From: a virus
Lineage: Duplodnaviria; Caudoviricetes
Virus record (IMG/VR): IMGVR_UViG_3300048576_000586
Coordinates: 1-46,468 of that record
Strand: one strand, 5' to 3'
Length of the DNA: 46,468 nt
Part shown: positions 34,605 through 44,500 of the stretch, in pieces
Numbering within the stretch: position 1 is the stretch's first letter
Layout of the letters: each line of letters opens with the position of its first letter
Notes under the pieces: model-generated
Seen by the model: the letters and a program-made list of their open reading frames with translations, nothing else
What the model was told of the DNA's origin: nothing
Databases searched by the model: none
Position numbers and translations under genes: made by a program

Positions 34605-35525
34605 ATGGCTTTGAAAGCTAAGGGCTTAGCAAAGTATGTGCGGGGGATTTCGCGCGTCCGCTTCATACCTCACAACGGCAACGGCACCTTCCCCGGCGCA
34701 ACCTCGGGCGTCTTCGGCGGCGCGGGCCCCTTCGACTTCTCGGCGGCCCATGCTGTCATCAGCGCGGTCCCGATCAAGCTCAAGCTCGACAACGGCGCCG
34801 AGCTCGCGGACACCCTCGACCTCTCGACCTACGTCGAGACCGCCGTCACTGCGGCCAACTTCGTCTCCGCCTTCACGGCGTCGGCGGTCGGCGGCGGTTG
34901 GTCGGCTTCGGTCGATTCGGACACGGGCAGGATCAAGATCGTCAACTCCGCGGGCGTCTATGCCCAGGTCTACGGGCAGGCCGCCGAGCTCGCTGGCTTC
35001 GGCCGCGGCGCCGGCGCCCAGTTCGTGAAGTGCGACACTCTCGAGTCGATCAACGTCGCTCCCGACGTCAAGGCAGAGGAGAAGGACACCGTGACCGGCG
35101 CCGACGGCGAGGACACGACCGTCATCTCCGAGGGCTACGTCAAGGGCGCGACGGGCTCGCTCGTCGATACCGCCCAGGACTACAACCTCATGCGCCTTAT
35201 GTCGGGTGGCTCCATCGACTCGGACGGCGCCTTCTCGATGCCGAACGCGAGCTCGAAGAAGCCCTATTTCGGCGTCGAGATCTTCAACCCCATCTACGGC
35301 AAGGGCGAGTCCAAGCAGGGCGAGATGACGGGCTACGAGAAGGTCACCGTCTACAACGCCATGGGCACCGTCGGCGACGACGCCTGGTCGAAGAGCTTCC
35401 GCAAGAAGAACTACAGCTTCACCGCGGCCACCTACAAGAACGCCGCGGGCGTCGAGCAGACCGCCGTCAAGTACGAGGAGCTCACCCTCGCCGAGTACGC
35501 CGCGCTCGACATCGACAACGTGTGA
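34605..35525 (+). CDS. Major tail tube protein
   Basis: Position, AGGAGG RBS, strong codon bias, Gly/Ala/Thr-rich beta composition. Confidence 0.7.
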   Translation: MALKAKGLAKYVRGISRVRFIPHNGNGTFPGATSGVFGGAGPFDFSAAHAVISAVPIKLKLDNGAELADTLDLSTYVETAVTAANFVSAFTASAVGGGWSASVDSDTGRIKIVNSAGVYAQVYGQAAELAGFGRGAGAQFVKCDTLESINVAPDVKAEEKDTVTGADGEDTTVISEGYVKGATGSLVDTAQDYNLMRLMSGGSIDSDGAFSMPNASSKKPYFGVEIFNPIYGKGESKQGEMTGYEKVTVYNAMGTVGDDAWSKSFRKKNYSFTAATYKNAAGVEQTAVKYEELTLAEYAALDIDNV

Positions 35526-35533
35526 GGTAGGGC

Positions 35534-36238
35534 ATGAGACTAGCACGGCGATCCCGAATCCAGGTTACTCCGCAGACCGCCCTCGAGCAAATAGAGAACG
35601 CGGACGCGCAGCTCATCGCCGCGCCCTGGAAGGGGTCGCCGTGCATCGTCAAGGCCAGGACCTTGAGCGACATCGAGTGCCAAGCCATCGGCAGCTTCTC
35701 CCTCATCGAATCCGACGAGTACAAGTGGTCAAAAGCCCAGGTAAAAACGACATGGAGTGAGGCCCTGGCGTACGCGCAGAAGAATGTAAAAATCTGCCAG
35801 GCCTCGCTCGTCTCCCCGTCCTATGACGAGATCTTCGCCCTCGTCGGGAAGCGATCCTTCAACGAGTCCGTCCGCGTGGAGATCAAGCGCATAAACGCCA
35901 TGCTCGAGGACATGCATCCCGGCCCCGCCCTCAAGGAGCTCGAGGAGATCCGCGACTCGCTCATCCTCGCCTGGGACGTCATCCTCCCCGACGACTTCAT
36001 GGCGGCCGTCGTCGTCCACGCGCTGCAGATCGCGAAGACGGATATCAAGAAAGTCACCGAGGACATGCTCTACGAGGCCGCTATCCTCGCCGAGCGCGCC
36101 CACGCGGCGCCGCACGACTACATCCACGGCGTCTTCTCCGACTTCAATACTCGCGACATCGACCTTCGGGCGTGGATCGTCTACGAGACGCGCCAGGAGG
36201 AGCTCCGCGAGGAGCTCAAGCAGAAGCGGGAGGCCTAA
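35534..36238 (+). CDS. Tail assembly chaperone (putative)
   Basis: Lies between the major tail protein and TMP. Confidence 0.6.
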   Translation: MRLARRSRIQVTPQTALEQIENADAQLIAAPWKGSPCIVKARTLSDIECQAIGSFSLIESDEYKWSKAQVKTTWSEALAYAQKNVKICQASLVSPSYDEIFALVGKRSFNESVRVEIKRINAMLEDMHPGPALKELEEIRDSLILAWDVILPDDFMAAVVVHALQIAKTDIKKVTEDMLYEAAILAERAHAAPHDYIHGVFSDFNTRDIDLRAWIVYETRQEELREELKQKREA

Positions 36239-39200
36239 GTGGGCGTCGACGCTGGCTCCATATCCTCCGAGGTCCGCATTAAGCTCTCCGCGCTCAACGC
36301 GGACATAAAGGCATGCCAGACTGCCTTCGATAATCTCGGGACTGAGTTCAAGAACTCCGCCGAGAAATATTCGACCCTCGCCGGCCAGCGCTACACGAAT
36401 ACTCTCAAGAACATCACGAAGGAGATGAAGAACGTCGAGGGCGCCATGCAAGCGGGCGCTATCTCCGAGTCCAACGCTGTCGAACGTCTTATCGCGCTGC
36501 GCAAGCGCGAGCTCCAGGTCCTCCAGGACAAGGCGGTCAAGGAAGGGACAGCCTCGAAGGAGACCGTCGCCGCGATTAAGAAAACCGAGGAGGCCCTAGG
36601 GCTCCTCGTCGAGAAGCAGAAGCTCCTCGGCAACAAGAGCTCGGGCTCCATCTTCGATACTTTCGCCAAGATGCGCGACGTCGTACTCGGGCCTATCGGG
36701 GCCTTCAAGGAAGTGGCCGCCGTCATCGGCCAGGTTATGGCCAAGGTCGACGAGCTCGAGAACGAATGGGGAAAACAGGAAGACGCCCTTGCTATTCTGA
36801 ACTCCGTCCTAAAATCGACGGGCGCCGAGTCCTGGACATCTATGGATCACCTCACGGGCATGGCGGCCTCGCTCCAAAAGGTGACGACCTACGGCGATGA
36901 GACGATCGAGGCGATGCAGGGCGTCCTCCTCGGCTTCCGCAATATCACCGGCGACAACTTCGACGAAGCGACTAAGGCCGTCCTCGACATGGCTACGGTC
37001 ATGAAAATGGACCTCACGGCCGCCGCCCAGGCCGTGGGCAAAGCCCTCGACAACCCCGCCCTCGGCCTCGACTCTCTTTCGAAACAGGGCTTCAAGTTCA
37101 CCGAGCAAGAAAAGGATATGCTCAAGCAGATGCAAGCGACCGGCAATATCGCCGGCGCGCAACGCATCATCCTCGACGAACTCGCGAAGACCTTCGGCGG
37201 AGCGTCCGAGGCTGTCGGCGAGACTGCGACTGGCCTCAAGGTCCGGCTCAAGAACGCGATAGGCGACGTTAACGAGGAAATAGGGCGATCCATCGCGAAC
37301 AACCTTGCGCCCTTCCGCAAGCTCTGGCTCAACCTCGCCGAGGCAATAGGAGCCGCGGCGAAGGCTCAGAACGATTTCCGGGAGATGATTGATCGATCTA
37401 ATAAGGGAACCGCAACCACTGCCGATAGAGTCACCCTCCTGGATATGAGACTCAAGCAGCTCAAGGATGACCTCGCAGGGTCCGAGGTTACGGGCGGCTA
37501 TTTCGAGGGATCGGCCGAGAGCATCAAGAATGCCATCGAGGCAACAGAAAACGAGATCAAGGCAGTCAAGGCCCTAGAAGCTGCAAGGCTTTCCGCAGCA
37601 AACGCAGTAACCGAAGCTGAGAAGAAGGCCGCCGAGAAGGCGAAGGCCACAGCCGAGGCTGAGGCTCGACAGGCGAAAATAACGAGCGACCGCCTAGCTG
37701 TTATCCAAGAATACGAGACCACGCTCGGTCGGATAAATCTCCTCCAGTCCTCCGGTGCTATTACGTCCAAGGATGCCGACGAGCAGAAGCTCGCGGCGGT
37801 CAAGGCCGAAGTCGACGCGCTCATGGATCTCGTCGAAGCCAACAAGCTCACCGAGGGCGCTACGGTCGACCTCCGCGACGAAAAGCTCCGGCTCTACGCC
37901 GCGATGAAGAAGTACCTCGAGGACTCCACCGAGGAGAATAAAAAAGCCCTCGAGGCCGAGGTCGCGCTGACGAAGGCGCGCGAGGACGCGAACAAGAAAG
38001 CGAACGACGAGTATGCGGCGGTCCAGAAAGGCAACCAGGCGCTCGAGGACCTCGCTAAGAACTACGGGATCTCGACGGAAAAGCTCAAGCTGAAGAACGC
38101 CACCGAAGAAGAAGCGATAGAGTTTGAGCGCCAGCTGAAGATCGCTGAAATCGAAGCGTCCAAGGGAACGCAGGAAGAGAAAGCCAAGGCGATCGCAGCG
38201 CTCAATAAATACTATGACGCGCTGAAGGATAAAACCGCTCTCGATGCTGTAAAAAATAACTGGAAGGGGATGTGGGAGAGCCTCAAGTCGAGCGCCTTCT
38301 CAGTAATTTCATCGATTGTTGACATCTATACGGCCTCGCTCGATAAGCAACTCGACGCGCTTAAGAAAGCGCAGGCAGAAGAGCTTAAGGCATTCGAGAA
38401 AACGAAGGAAGCTGAAACCGAGGCGCTGGAGAAAGCGCAAGAGGCGCAGACCGAGGCGCTCGAGAAAGCTCACGCCGCGCAGACCGAAGCGCTCGACGCG
38501 GAATATCAGCATAAGCAAGAGCTCATCGAGTACGACGGGCTCACCTACGCGCAGTATCTCCAGAAGCAGATTGACGACGCCATAGCCGCGGGAGACGCCG
38601 AGGCCCAGGCCGAAGCTGAGAAGAAGCTCGCCCTCTACAACCTCCAGGTACAACATGACGCCGACGTTAAAGCCCTCGCCGAGAAGCAAGCCGCGGAGGA
38701 GAAAGCTCTCGAGGAGAAGAAGGCCGCAGAGAAGAAGGCACTCGAGGAGAAGCAGGCCGCCGAGAAGACAGCCCTCGAGAGGCAGCAGGCCTACGATTCT
38801 GCACAGATCCAGTACAAGGCCGATATGGCTCAGTATGCCGCGGACATCGTAACCGCTGGAGCTCAAGCCGCCCTGGCGATAATCAAGTGCTTCTCTGAGC
38901 TCGGCCCCGTCGGTGGTGCTATCTCGGCGGCCGTCGTTGGTGTCGCCACCGCCGCCCAGATCGCCGCCATAGTAGCCGCAAAGCCCACAGAGCCGACTTT
39001 CGCCACGGGCGGTATCGTTCTCGGCTCGAGCTATTCCGGCGACAAGATCACGGCTCGCGTAAACTCAGGCGAGATGATCCTAAATATGGAACAACAGCAA
39101 CGCCTCTTCGACATGCTCAACGGCGCCGCCGCTCCATCCTCGAGCTCATCGGAATCGCTCACTATCCCAATCTCGCTTGTTCTGGACGGCCAAGTGGTCG

Positions 39201-39256
39201 CCCAGGTCGTCGTACAGAGAATCAATAACGGCAACGTGAAGGTGATAACGCGATGA
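36239..39256 (+). CDS. Tape measure protein
   Basis: 1005 aa helical; AVGKALDNP..GL..L...GF.FT..EK.M...M...GN...AQ.IILDEL...FGG motif; 11-aa repeats; FATGGIV...VNSGEMILN. Confidence 0.92.
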   Translation: MGVDAGSISSEVRIKLSALNADIKACQTAFDNLGTEFKNSAEKYSTLAGQRYTNTLKNITKEMKNVEGAMQAGAISESNAVERLIALRKRELQVLQDKAVKEGTASKETVAAIKKTEEALGLLVEKQKLLGNKSSGSIFDTFAKMRDVVLGPIGAFKEVAAVIGQVMAKVDELENEWGKQEDALAILNSVLKSTGAESWTSMDHLTGMAASLQKVTTYGDETIEAMQGVLLGFRNITGDNFDEATKAVLDMATVMKMDLTAAAQAVGKALDNPALGLDSLSKQGFKFTEQEKDMLKQMQATGNIAGAQRIILDELAKTFGGASEAVGETATGLKVRLKNAIGDVNEEIGRSIANNLAPFRKLWLNLAEAIGAAAKAQNDFREMIDRSNKGTATTADRVTLLDMRLKQLKDDLAGSEVTGGYFEGSAESIKNAIEATENEIKAVKALEAARLSAANAVTEAEKKAAEKAKATAEAEARQAKITSDRLAVIQEYETTLGRINLLQSSGAITSKDADEQKLAAVKAEVDALMDLVEANKLTEGATVDLRDEKLRLYAAMKKYLEDSTEENKKALEAEVALTKAREDANKKANDEYAAVQKGNQALEDLAKNYGISTEKLKLKNATEEEAIEFERQLKIAEIEASKGTQEEKAKAIAALNKYYDALKDKTALDAVKNNWKGMWESLKSSAFSVISSIVDIYTASLDKQLDALKKAQAEELKAFEKTKEAETEALEKAQEAQTEALEKAHAAQTEALDAEYQHKQELIEYDGLTYAQYLQKQIDDAIAAGDAEAQAEAEKKLALYNLQVQHDADVKALAEKQAAEEKALEEKKAAEKKALEEKQAAEKTALERQQAYDSAQIQYKADMAQYAADIVTAGAQAALAIIKCFSELGPVGGAISAAVVGVATAAQIAAIVAAKPTEPTFATGGIVLGSSYSGDKITARVNSGEMILNMEQQQRLFDMLNGAAAPSSSSSESLTIPISLVLDGQVVAQVVVQRINNGNVKVITR

Positions 39257-40047
39257 AGATACTCTTCGAAAACAAGTGCCTTCCTCCGACTACCGTCACA
39301 AGCCTCGACTTCTCGGAGAATTACCCTCCCGCGAACCTCGCGCATATATTCCTTCATAAGCGCTACCAAAATAAAACGGGCGCTGACACGATCACATTCG
39401 ACTTCTTGAAGGACGTGACGCTCAACTGCTTTTTCTATGGCTTCAATAACGGCCGCGATCTCTACCGCCTCTGCGAAGACGGGAGCCTTCGCCTCACCGA
39501 GTCGGGGCTTATTCGCGGGATCGTATCGTCGTCGATGACGCTCCAGCTCTACGACTATCTCGACAATCTTCTGCATACGGAAACAATCGTCCAGGCATCG
39601 CAGTTCGGCTCGGTCTTCTTCGACGCCGTGAACCTCGTCCGAAAGGCGAAGATCGTCATCGACTGGGCGGGAGGCGGCGGTGCCTACCTAGGCGGCTGCG
39701 GGATGGGCGAAGTCTACACGATGCCCGATCCGATCGCCGACTGGATCGACAGCCTCGAGGACAACTCAATTATTGCCTCGAGTCTCGCCGGTCAGTGCAT
39801 GCAGAACTTCGTCGAGCCGCTCGATGTCCTGCCTTTTAATTTCAAGAACGTTTCGCGCGACCAATTCACCGAAATCCGCGACCAAATAAAGGCCCTCGGA
39901 AAGGGCCGCCCGGTGTGGGTGGATTACTTCGAGAATTGGCATACGCAATTTCCGCCGAGCTACGCACAACTTGTTGATGGCCTCGAGAACCCTTCGAAGA
40001 ACGATCGCACGTACAGCTTTTCGCTGACGTTTAAGGAGAGCCGATAA
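39253..40047 (+). CDS. Distal tail protein-like
   Basis: Directly after TMP; ends YSFSLTFKE. Confidence 0.6.
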   Translation: MKILFENKCLPPTTVTSLDFSENYPPANLAHIFLHKRYQNKTGADTITFDFLKDVTLNCFFYGFNNGRDLYRLCEDGSLRLTESGLIRGIVSSSMTLQLYDYLDNLLHTETIVQASQFGSVFFDAVNLVRKAKIVIDWAGGGGAYLGGCGMGEVYTMPDPIADWIDSLEDNSIIASSLAGQCMQNFVEPLDVLPFNFKNVSRDQFTEIRDQIKALGKGRPVWVDYFENWHTQFPPSYAQLVDGLENPSKNDRTYSFSLTFKESR

Positions 40048-40883
40048 TGTCCATAATTCGCGTACAAGAGCCGTCGAATCCTCCGACCTCCATTAGCGAC
40101 TGGACCAAGGCGATCGCAGAGCTGCGCGCGCTCGCCCTCGGGATAGAGGGCCCGCTTCGCATTGTCGGCACGAACGTCGTCAAGGGCGCGGTTTTCCAAA
40201 TCGGCGGGACGATGTACCTCGCTGACGCCGATACAGGGATTTCGGGCACGGCCTCGGCCTACGTCAAGATTATGCCCTCGGGTGACGGGTCGACGTGTTC
40301 GGCCGCGTTCGTCGCCTCACTAACGAGCGTCGCGTGGAACTCGACGTACAACGGCTGGTACGACTCGGGGAGCCCCGCCTCGCTCTACGTCTTCGACGAG
40401 GCCTACGCCTATAACGCTGGAGCGATTGCCTCGATCATGGACGTACGCAACATCGCGCCCGGGCACGGGATCGGGAAGGTACCGATCGCGAAGGATGCGA
40501 ACTGGGCGAATGCTCTCGCGGCCGTACTTGGCGCAAACTGGACCGCTTCATTGTCAAAAACTCTAGGGGCCGGATGGGGTTCGATATTATCGGTTGGCGC
40601 AGATGTAGGATTCCTTGCAGAGCTCCTAATAAATGCTCCTTCGGCCGGTTCCTATGTTAAGCAAAGCGTCCCTGTTTATAACGATGTTTGGGTAATTCCC
40701 GCTGGCCTTTACATGATGACCCCCGACGGAGTCTCAAACCTTTCACTGAGAATTAATACAGGATCAGCATGGACTTCCGTTAGCTTAAATTTCGGCGGTG
40801 GGCTTGTGCTTTCCGATGGCTCGAATTATGCGCTTTCAGCTGGCGGTAATAACCAGTACGTCCACTACAGGAAACTACTCTAG
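40047..40883 (+). CDS. Tail/baseplate protein, possible receptor-binding protein
   Basis: Beta-rich; AT-richer 3' third; 12-residue Trp repeat. Confidence 0.55.
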   Translation: MSIIRVQEPSNPPTSISDWTKAIAELRALALGIEGPLRIVGTNVVKGAVFQIGGTMYLADADTGISGTASAYVKIMPSGDGSTCSAAFVASLTSVAWNSTYNGWYDSGSPASLYVFDEAYAYNAGAIASIMDVRNIAPGHGIGKVPIAKDANWANALAAVLGANWTASLSKTLGAGWGSILSVGADVGFLAELLINAPSAGSYVKQSVPVYNDVWVIPAGLYMMTPDGVSNLSLRINTGSAWTSVSLNFGGGLVLSDGSNYALSAGGNNQYVHYRKLL

Positions 40884-42643
40884 TGACGATCGTATCGCTC
40901 GCCGTTATTTCTACAATCTCACGCTTCGCGAACGTCGAGCCCTTCATCTATAAATCCACGCCGTCAACCTTCACTCTGCCCTCATTTTGGACGTCGGTAT
41001 TCGGCGCTCCCGACGAGTCGCAGAGCCTCACGATCGATATCACCCAATTCATCCAGGATTCGCTCATCAATTATCTGCAGAAAGATACCCTTGCAGATAT
41101 TCGCTCACAGCCACAGTCTTTTTATTTCGATTATGGCAACCAGATTCTCTACGTCCATGTAGGCCACAAATCGAGCCCTGAATCTAGCAATTTCCAACTA
41201 GGAAAATCGCGCGGCCTCTGCGACAAAAAAGCGGTCTATATTGACAATATTTTCTTCGAACCGCTCGTAAAGTCTATTCCTTCTCTTGCACAGCAGCAGG
41301 ACATTTTCAACTACGACGCGCTCGCGTTCATTAACGGCACGATCGAGGCCATGAACGAATCGGGAATATTCGACGATGTTTTAACGTCTCCGATCTTCGG
41401 GAATGACGTGCAGATTTACTATCTCGAGGACCATTCAAACATCGACGATTATTCGTTCGAAGACTTGATCCCGATCGCAGGGCTCTACGTCGAGAATTAC
41501 TCGCTCTCGCTTAAGAGCTTCAAGATCAAGGTTCAGGACAAGCGCAAGGCCCTGAACGTCAATATTCCCATCGATACCTTCACAGCCGTCGCCTACCCGA
41601 ATATCGTCGATGATCTCGCGGGGACGCCGATCCCGCTCGATTACGGGACTATCCGCTCGCAGAAAGCAATCTGCACGAACGGGAAGCTGACCTCGGGCGT
41701 CGTCACCTACCGCCAGGCGCTCACGCTGACCTCGCTCGGGACCGTCCAGGTCAAGATCAACGACGTCTGGACGACGAAGACGCCGACTGTCTCGTCGCCG
41801 TCGACGGGGGAATTCACGCTCGCGGCGGCCGACGGTCGCAACGGGACTACACCCTACGAATGCCGCGTCCTAGGCTCGGTCGGTATCGCAAACGCTGTCG
41901 CGAGCGACATCATCAAGGATCTCAACTACCGAGCCCTCGGGATCGCCTTCGACGCCTCGAACTACAACCTCGCCGAATGGGCCGCCGAGTCCGCGAGCCT
42001 CTCGTCAATCGGCATCGCCTTCGAAAAAACCGTCACCCTCTTCAATGCGATCAAGGAAGTGCAGTCGGGCGCGAACTACGGATTCCGCTACGAAATATCG
42101 CCGACGGGGAAGCGGACGATCCGCATCGACAACTGGAACCGCGAGGTCTCCCGCCACATCCCGAAAGAGCACATCCTCGATGTCGATGAGCTCGAGACGG
42201 AGACGCTCGGCGATCTCCTCGCGGCGGAGATCGTCATAAAGTACGCGAAGGACTACAAGGAGAACTCGTACCTCACGAAGTCGGGCAAGAGCCAATACGA
42301 TTACGTGAAAGACACCTATCGCCAGACTCCAAGCGTCGAGATAGAGACGAGCCTCACGAATGCCACCGACGCGGCCGCGCGCGCCCTCTATGAAGCGACG
42401 CGCTACAAGGACATCGTGCGCTCGGTCTCGGCGACCATCATGGGCCGGGAATTCCTCGACCTGAGAATCTATGAAGTCGTCACGATCGAGCTCACGCCGG
42501 GTTTCGTCAATCTCGATACATCGAAGATTTCGGGTACGCGCGAATGGCTCGGCGTATGGAAGGTACAGATCGTCAGCATTGACCCGGACTCGATGAACCT
42601 ACAAAACACGGTGTCGATGATCCTAATCGAGAAAGTAATTTAA
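40883..42643 (+). CDS. Baseplate hub / tail tip protein
   Basis: GTPIPLDYG motif; C-terminal LDLRIYEVVTI...KVQIVSI. Confidence 0.65.
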   Translation: MTIVSLAVISTISRFANVEPFIYKSTPSTFTLPSFWTSVFGAPDESQSLTIDITQFIQDSLINYLQKDTLADIRSQPQSFYFDYGNQILYVHVGHKSSPESSNFQLGKSRGLCDKKAVYIDNIFFEPLVKSIPSLAQQQDIFNYDALAFINGTIEAMNESGIFDDVLTSPIFGNDVQIYYLEDHSNIDDYSFEDLIPIAGLYVENYSLSLKSFKIKVQDKRKALNVNIPIDTFTAVAYPNIVDDLAGTPIPLDYGTIRSQKAICTNGKLTSGVVTYRQALTLTSLGTVQVKINDVWTTKTPTVSSPSTGEFTLAAADGRNGTTPYECRVLGSVGIANAVASDIIKDLNYRALGIAFDASNYNLAEWAAESASLSSIGIAFEKTVTLFNAIKEVQSGANYGFRYEISPTGKRTIRIDNWNREVSRHIPKEHILDVDELETETLGDLLAAEIVIKYAKDYKENSYLTKSGKSQYDYVKDTYRQTPSVEIETSLTNATDAAARALYEATRYKDIVRSVSATIMGREFLDLRIYEVVTIELTPGFVNLDTSKISGTREWLGVWKVQIVSIDPDSMNLQNTVSMILIEKVI

Positions 42644-42653
42644 GGAGGCAGTC

Positions 42654-43382
42654 ATGGCCGAAGGACAGCGAATATCTGAGATGGACGAGGCGGCGCCCCT
42701 CGACGGCACTGAACTCATGGAAATCGTCCAAGGCGGCAAGAATGTCCGCGTGGATTCTGCGCGTTGGCTACGCATAACGCAGATCGCGACGGCATGGGTG
42801 ACTGCGCTCGCCATCGTGCTCGGCGTGGGCTGGAATACCCTCTTCGCGAAGACCTCCGACTATGCGGAGAATCCTGTCGGCGTGATGACCGAGTATGCGG
42901 GGTCGACCGCGCCCGCGGGATGGGACCTCTGCCAGGGGCAGCTCGTCTCGAGGACGGGAACCTATGCCGCGCTCTTCGCGGTCATCGGGACGACCTATGG
43001 CGTCGGCGACGGCTCGACGACATTCAACCTCCCCGACATGCGCGAGGCGTCGCCGTATGGCGCGGGGACATGGACGACTACGACGGGAACAACGCACGGG
43101 GCGATAACCGCACACGATGCACGGGCGCTGGGAGTCTTTGCTGATGATCAGGGTCAGGGACATATCCATGCATTTACCGCGAACGGTACTAATTATACCC
43201 AACTAGGAGGAAAGTCCGGTGCCGGTGCTAACGCTCCTGCTTATGCGGCAGGCGACTCATCGATCGCAGCTTTTGCACTTGGCATTACATCTCCATATCC
43301 CGACGGCACCAACGGCACGCCTAGAACAGGCACCGTGACCCGCGGCAAAACGATCGGCCTCAACTACATCATCAAGCACTAG
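42654..43382 (+). CDS. Tail fibre protein with tail-collar domain
   Basis: PVGVMTEYAGSTAPAGWDLCQGQLVSRT..YAALFAVIGTTYGVGDGSTTFNLPDMR; ends NYIIK. Confidence 0.9.
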   Translation: MAEGQRISEMDEAAPLDGTELMEIVQGGKNVRVDSARWLRITQIATAWVTALAIVLGVGWNTLFAKTSDYAENPVGVMTEYAGSTAPAGWDLCQGQLVSRTGTYAALFAVIGTTYGVGDGSTTFNLPDMREASPYGAGTWTTTTGTTHGAITAHDARALGVFADDQGQGHIHAFTANGTNYTQLGGKSGAGANAPAYAAGDSSIAAFALGITSPYPDGTNGTPRTGTVTRGKTIGLNYIIKH

Positions 43383-43391
43383 GAGGACGCG

Positions 43392-43949
43392 ATGCTAACG
43401 ATACGAGTATTTCGCTATAAGCTCTCGCACGAGTACCGAAAGAATCCCACGAAGCCCTTCGCTTGGGAAAACAACGACGCCCACAACTCGCTCGACATCT
43501 TCCGCGTCCTCGAGGACGGCCGCGTGATCTTCTCCGGTCCGGCTCAGACCATCGCGAATATGGAAGGCCTAGCCGACGACACCGGCAAGGACTACGGCGC
43601 CCGATATATCGACTCCCTCGCGCCCGGTCCTTTCCAGCTCCGTGCCTTCGTCGAGCCTCGCGACTTCTATGGCCGCATCCACGGGATCTGCAACGCGCGA
43701 ACCCTAGGCGGCGAGGAGATCGGGGGCGACTGCACGACGCCCTCCTCCTCGCTCCGGACGCTCGTCCACGACTGGCAGAAGCATCGGAGCTCCGGCCCCG
43801 CGGGCCGGGATACCCGCGTCGCCTGGTCGGCCGCCTGTCTGGTCCTGCCCGATAAGGATATCGACTCCCTCGGCGTTCTCTTCGACGGTCACGGAATACA
43901 GCCGGGCGACCTCATCGACGGCGAGCTCATCGAGGAGGGGGAAAGCTGA
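43392..43949 (+). CDS. Putative endolysin, YkuD/L,D-transpeptidase-like Cys-His enzyme
   Basis: Lysis position; LAPGPF...LVHD-x17-WSAAC resembles the H...S-x-G-C motif. Confidence 0.55.
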   Translation: MLTIRVFRYKLSHEYRKNPTKPFAWENNDAHNSLDIFRVLEDGRVIFSGPAQTIANMEGLADDTGKDYGARYIDSLAPGPFQLRAFVEPRDFYGRIHGICNARTLGGEEIGGDCTTPSSSLRTLVHDWQKHRSSGPAGRDTRVAWSAACLVLPDKDIDSLGVLFDGHGIQPGDLIDGELIEEGES

Positions 43950-44296
43950 TGGACGCCCCCCGCCTCTCCTCCGCGGTCCGCGAGGAGCCCCAGAAGGACG
44001 GTACCCCCGGCCCCTACAGCTTCCGCCGCCTCGGGGCCCTCTACCTCTTCCTCCTTGCGCCCGCGGTCCTCGTCGGCTCGGCCTTCCTGGCCAAGTCGGT
44101 TCTGCCCAAGGAAGCGCCGCCCCTCGTCTGGATCGCCATGATCCTCGGGCCCTTCGCCCTCTGCCTCATCCTGGGCGCCCTGATGCCCATCCTCACGACC
44201 TCGGAGAGCATCCGCGGCCTCATCGCGGCGGCCCGAGGCAGCTCCGGCCAGCCGGCGCCGGCCGCCCAGGCTCCCGCAGCCGGGGAGGGGCCGTGA
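43949..44296 (+). CDS. Holin (2 TM, putative)
   Basis: SFRRL followed by two TM helices; follows the lysin candidate. Confidence 0.6.
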   Translation: MDAPRLSSAVREEPQKDGTPGPYSFRRLGALYLFLLAPAVLVGSAFLAKSVLPKEAPPLVWIAMILGPFALCLILGALMPILTTSESIRGLIAAARGSSGQPAPAAQAPAAGEGP

Positions 44297-44499
44297 ACGC
44301 CCTTCTCGCCCTCCTGCGCCGCCCCGTCATCGAGATAGCCGCCATCGTGGGCATGGCCCTTCTCCTCCTCGCGGCCGCGGCCGTCTTCATCGTCATCCTC
44401 TTTCGTTCGATCGGCGCCCTCCTCGAGCGCCTGCATATCAAGAAGATTGGCGTCGGCGGCATCGAGTGCGCGCCGGATGCCAAAAGGAAGCGGAGGTAG
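44293..44499 (+). CDS. Small membrane protein (holin/antiholin-like)
   Basis: Long TM, basic C-terminus. Confidence 0.55.
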   Translation: MNALLALLRRPVIEIAAIVGMALLLLAAAAVFIVILFRSIGALLERLHIKKIGVGGIECAPDAKRKRR

Positions 44500-44500
44500 C

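Noticed and set aside
35534-36238. Programmed -1 frameshift in the tail chaperone
   Set aside because: No XXXYYYZ slippery heptamer found by eye; the single ORF runs right up to the TMP start
38340-38790. 33-bp quasi-repeats as a CRISPR-like or regulatory array
   Set aside because: They encode the ordinary 11-residue helical repeats of the tape measure protein and have no unique spacers
40047-43382. Diversity-generating retroelement or invertible tail-fibre cassette
   Set aside because: No reverse transcriptase, invertase, TR/VR pair or flanking inverted repeats seen
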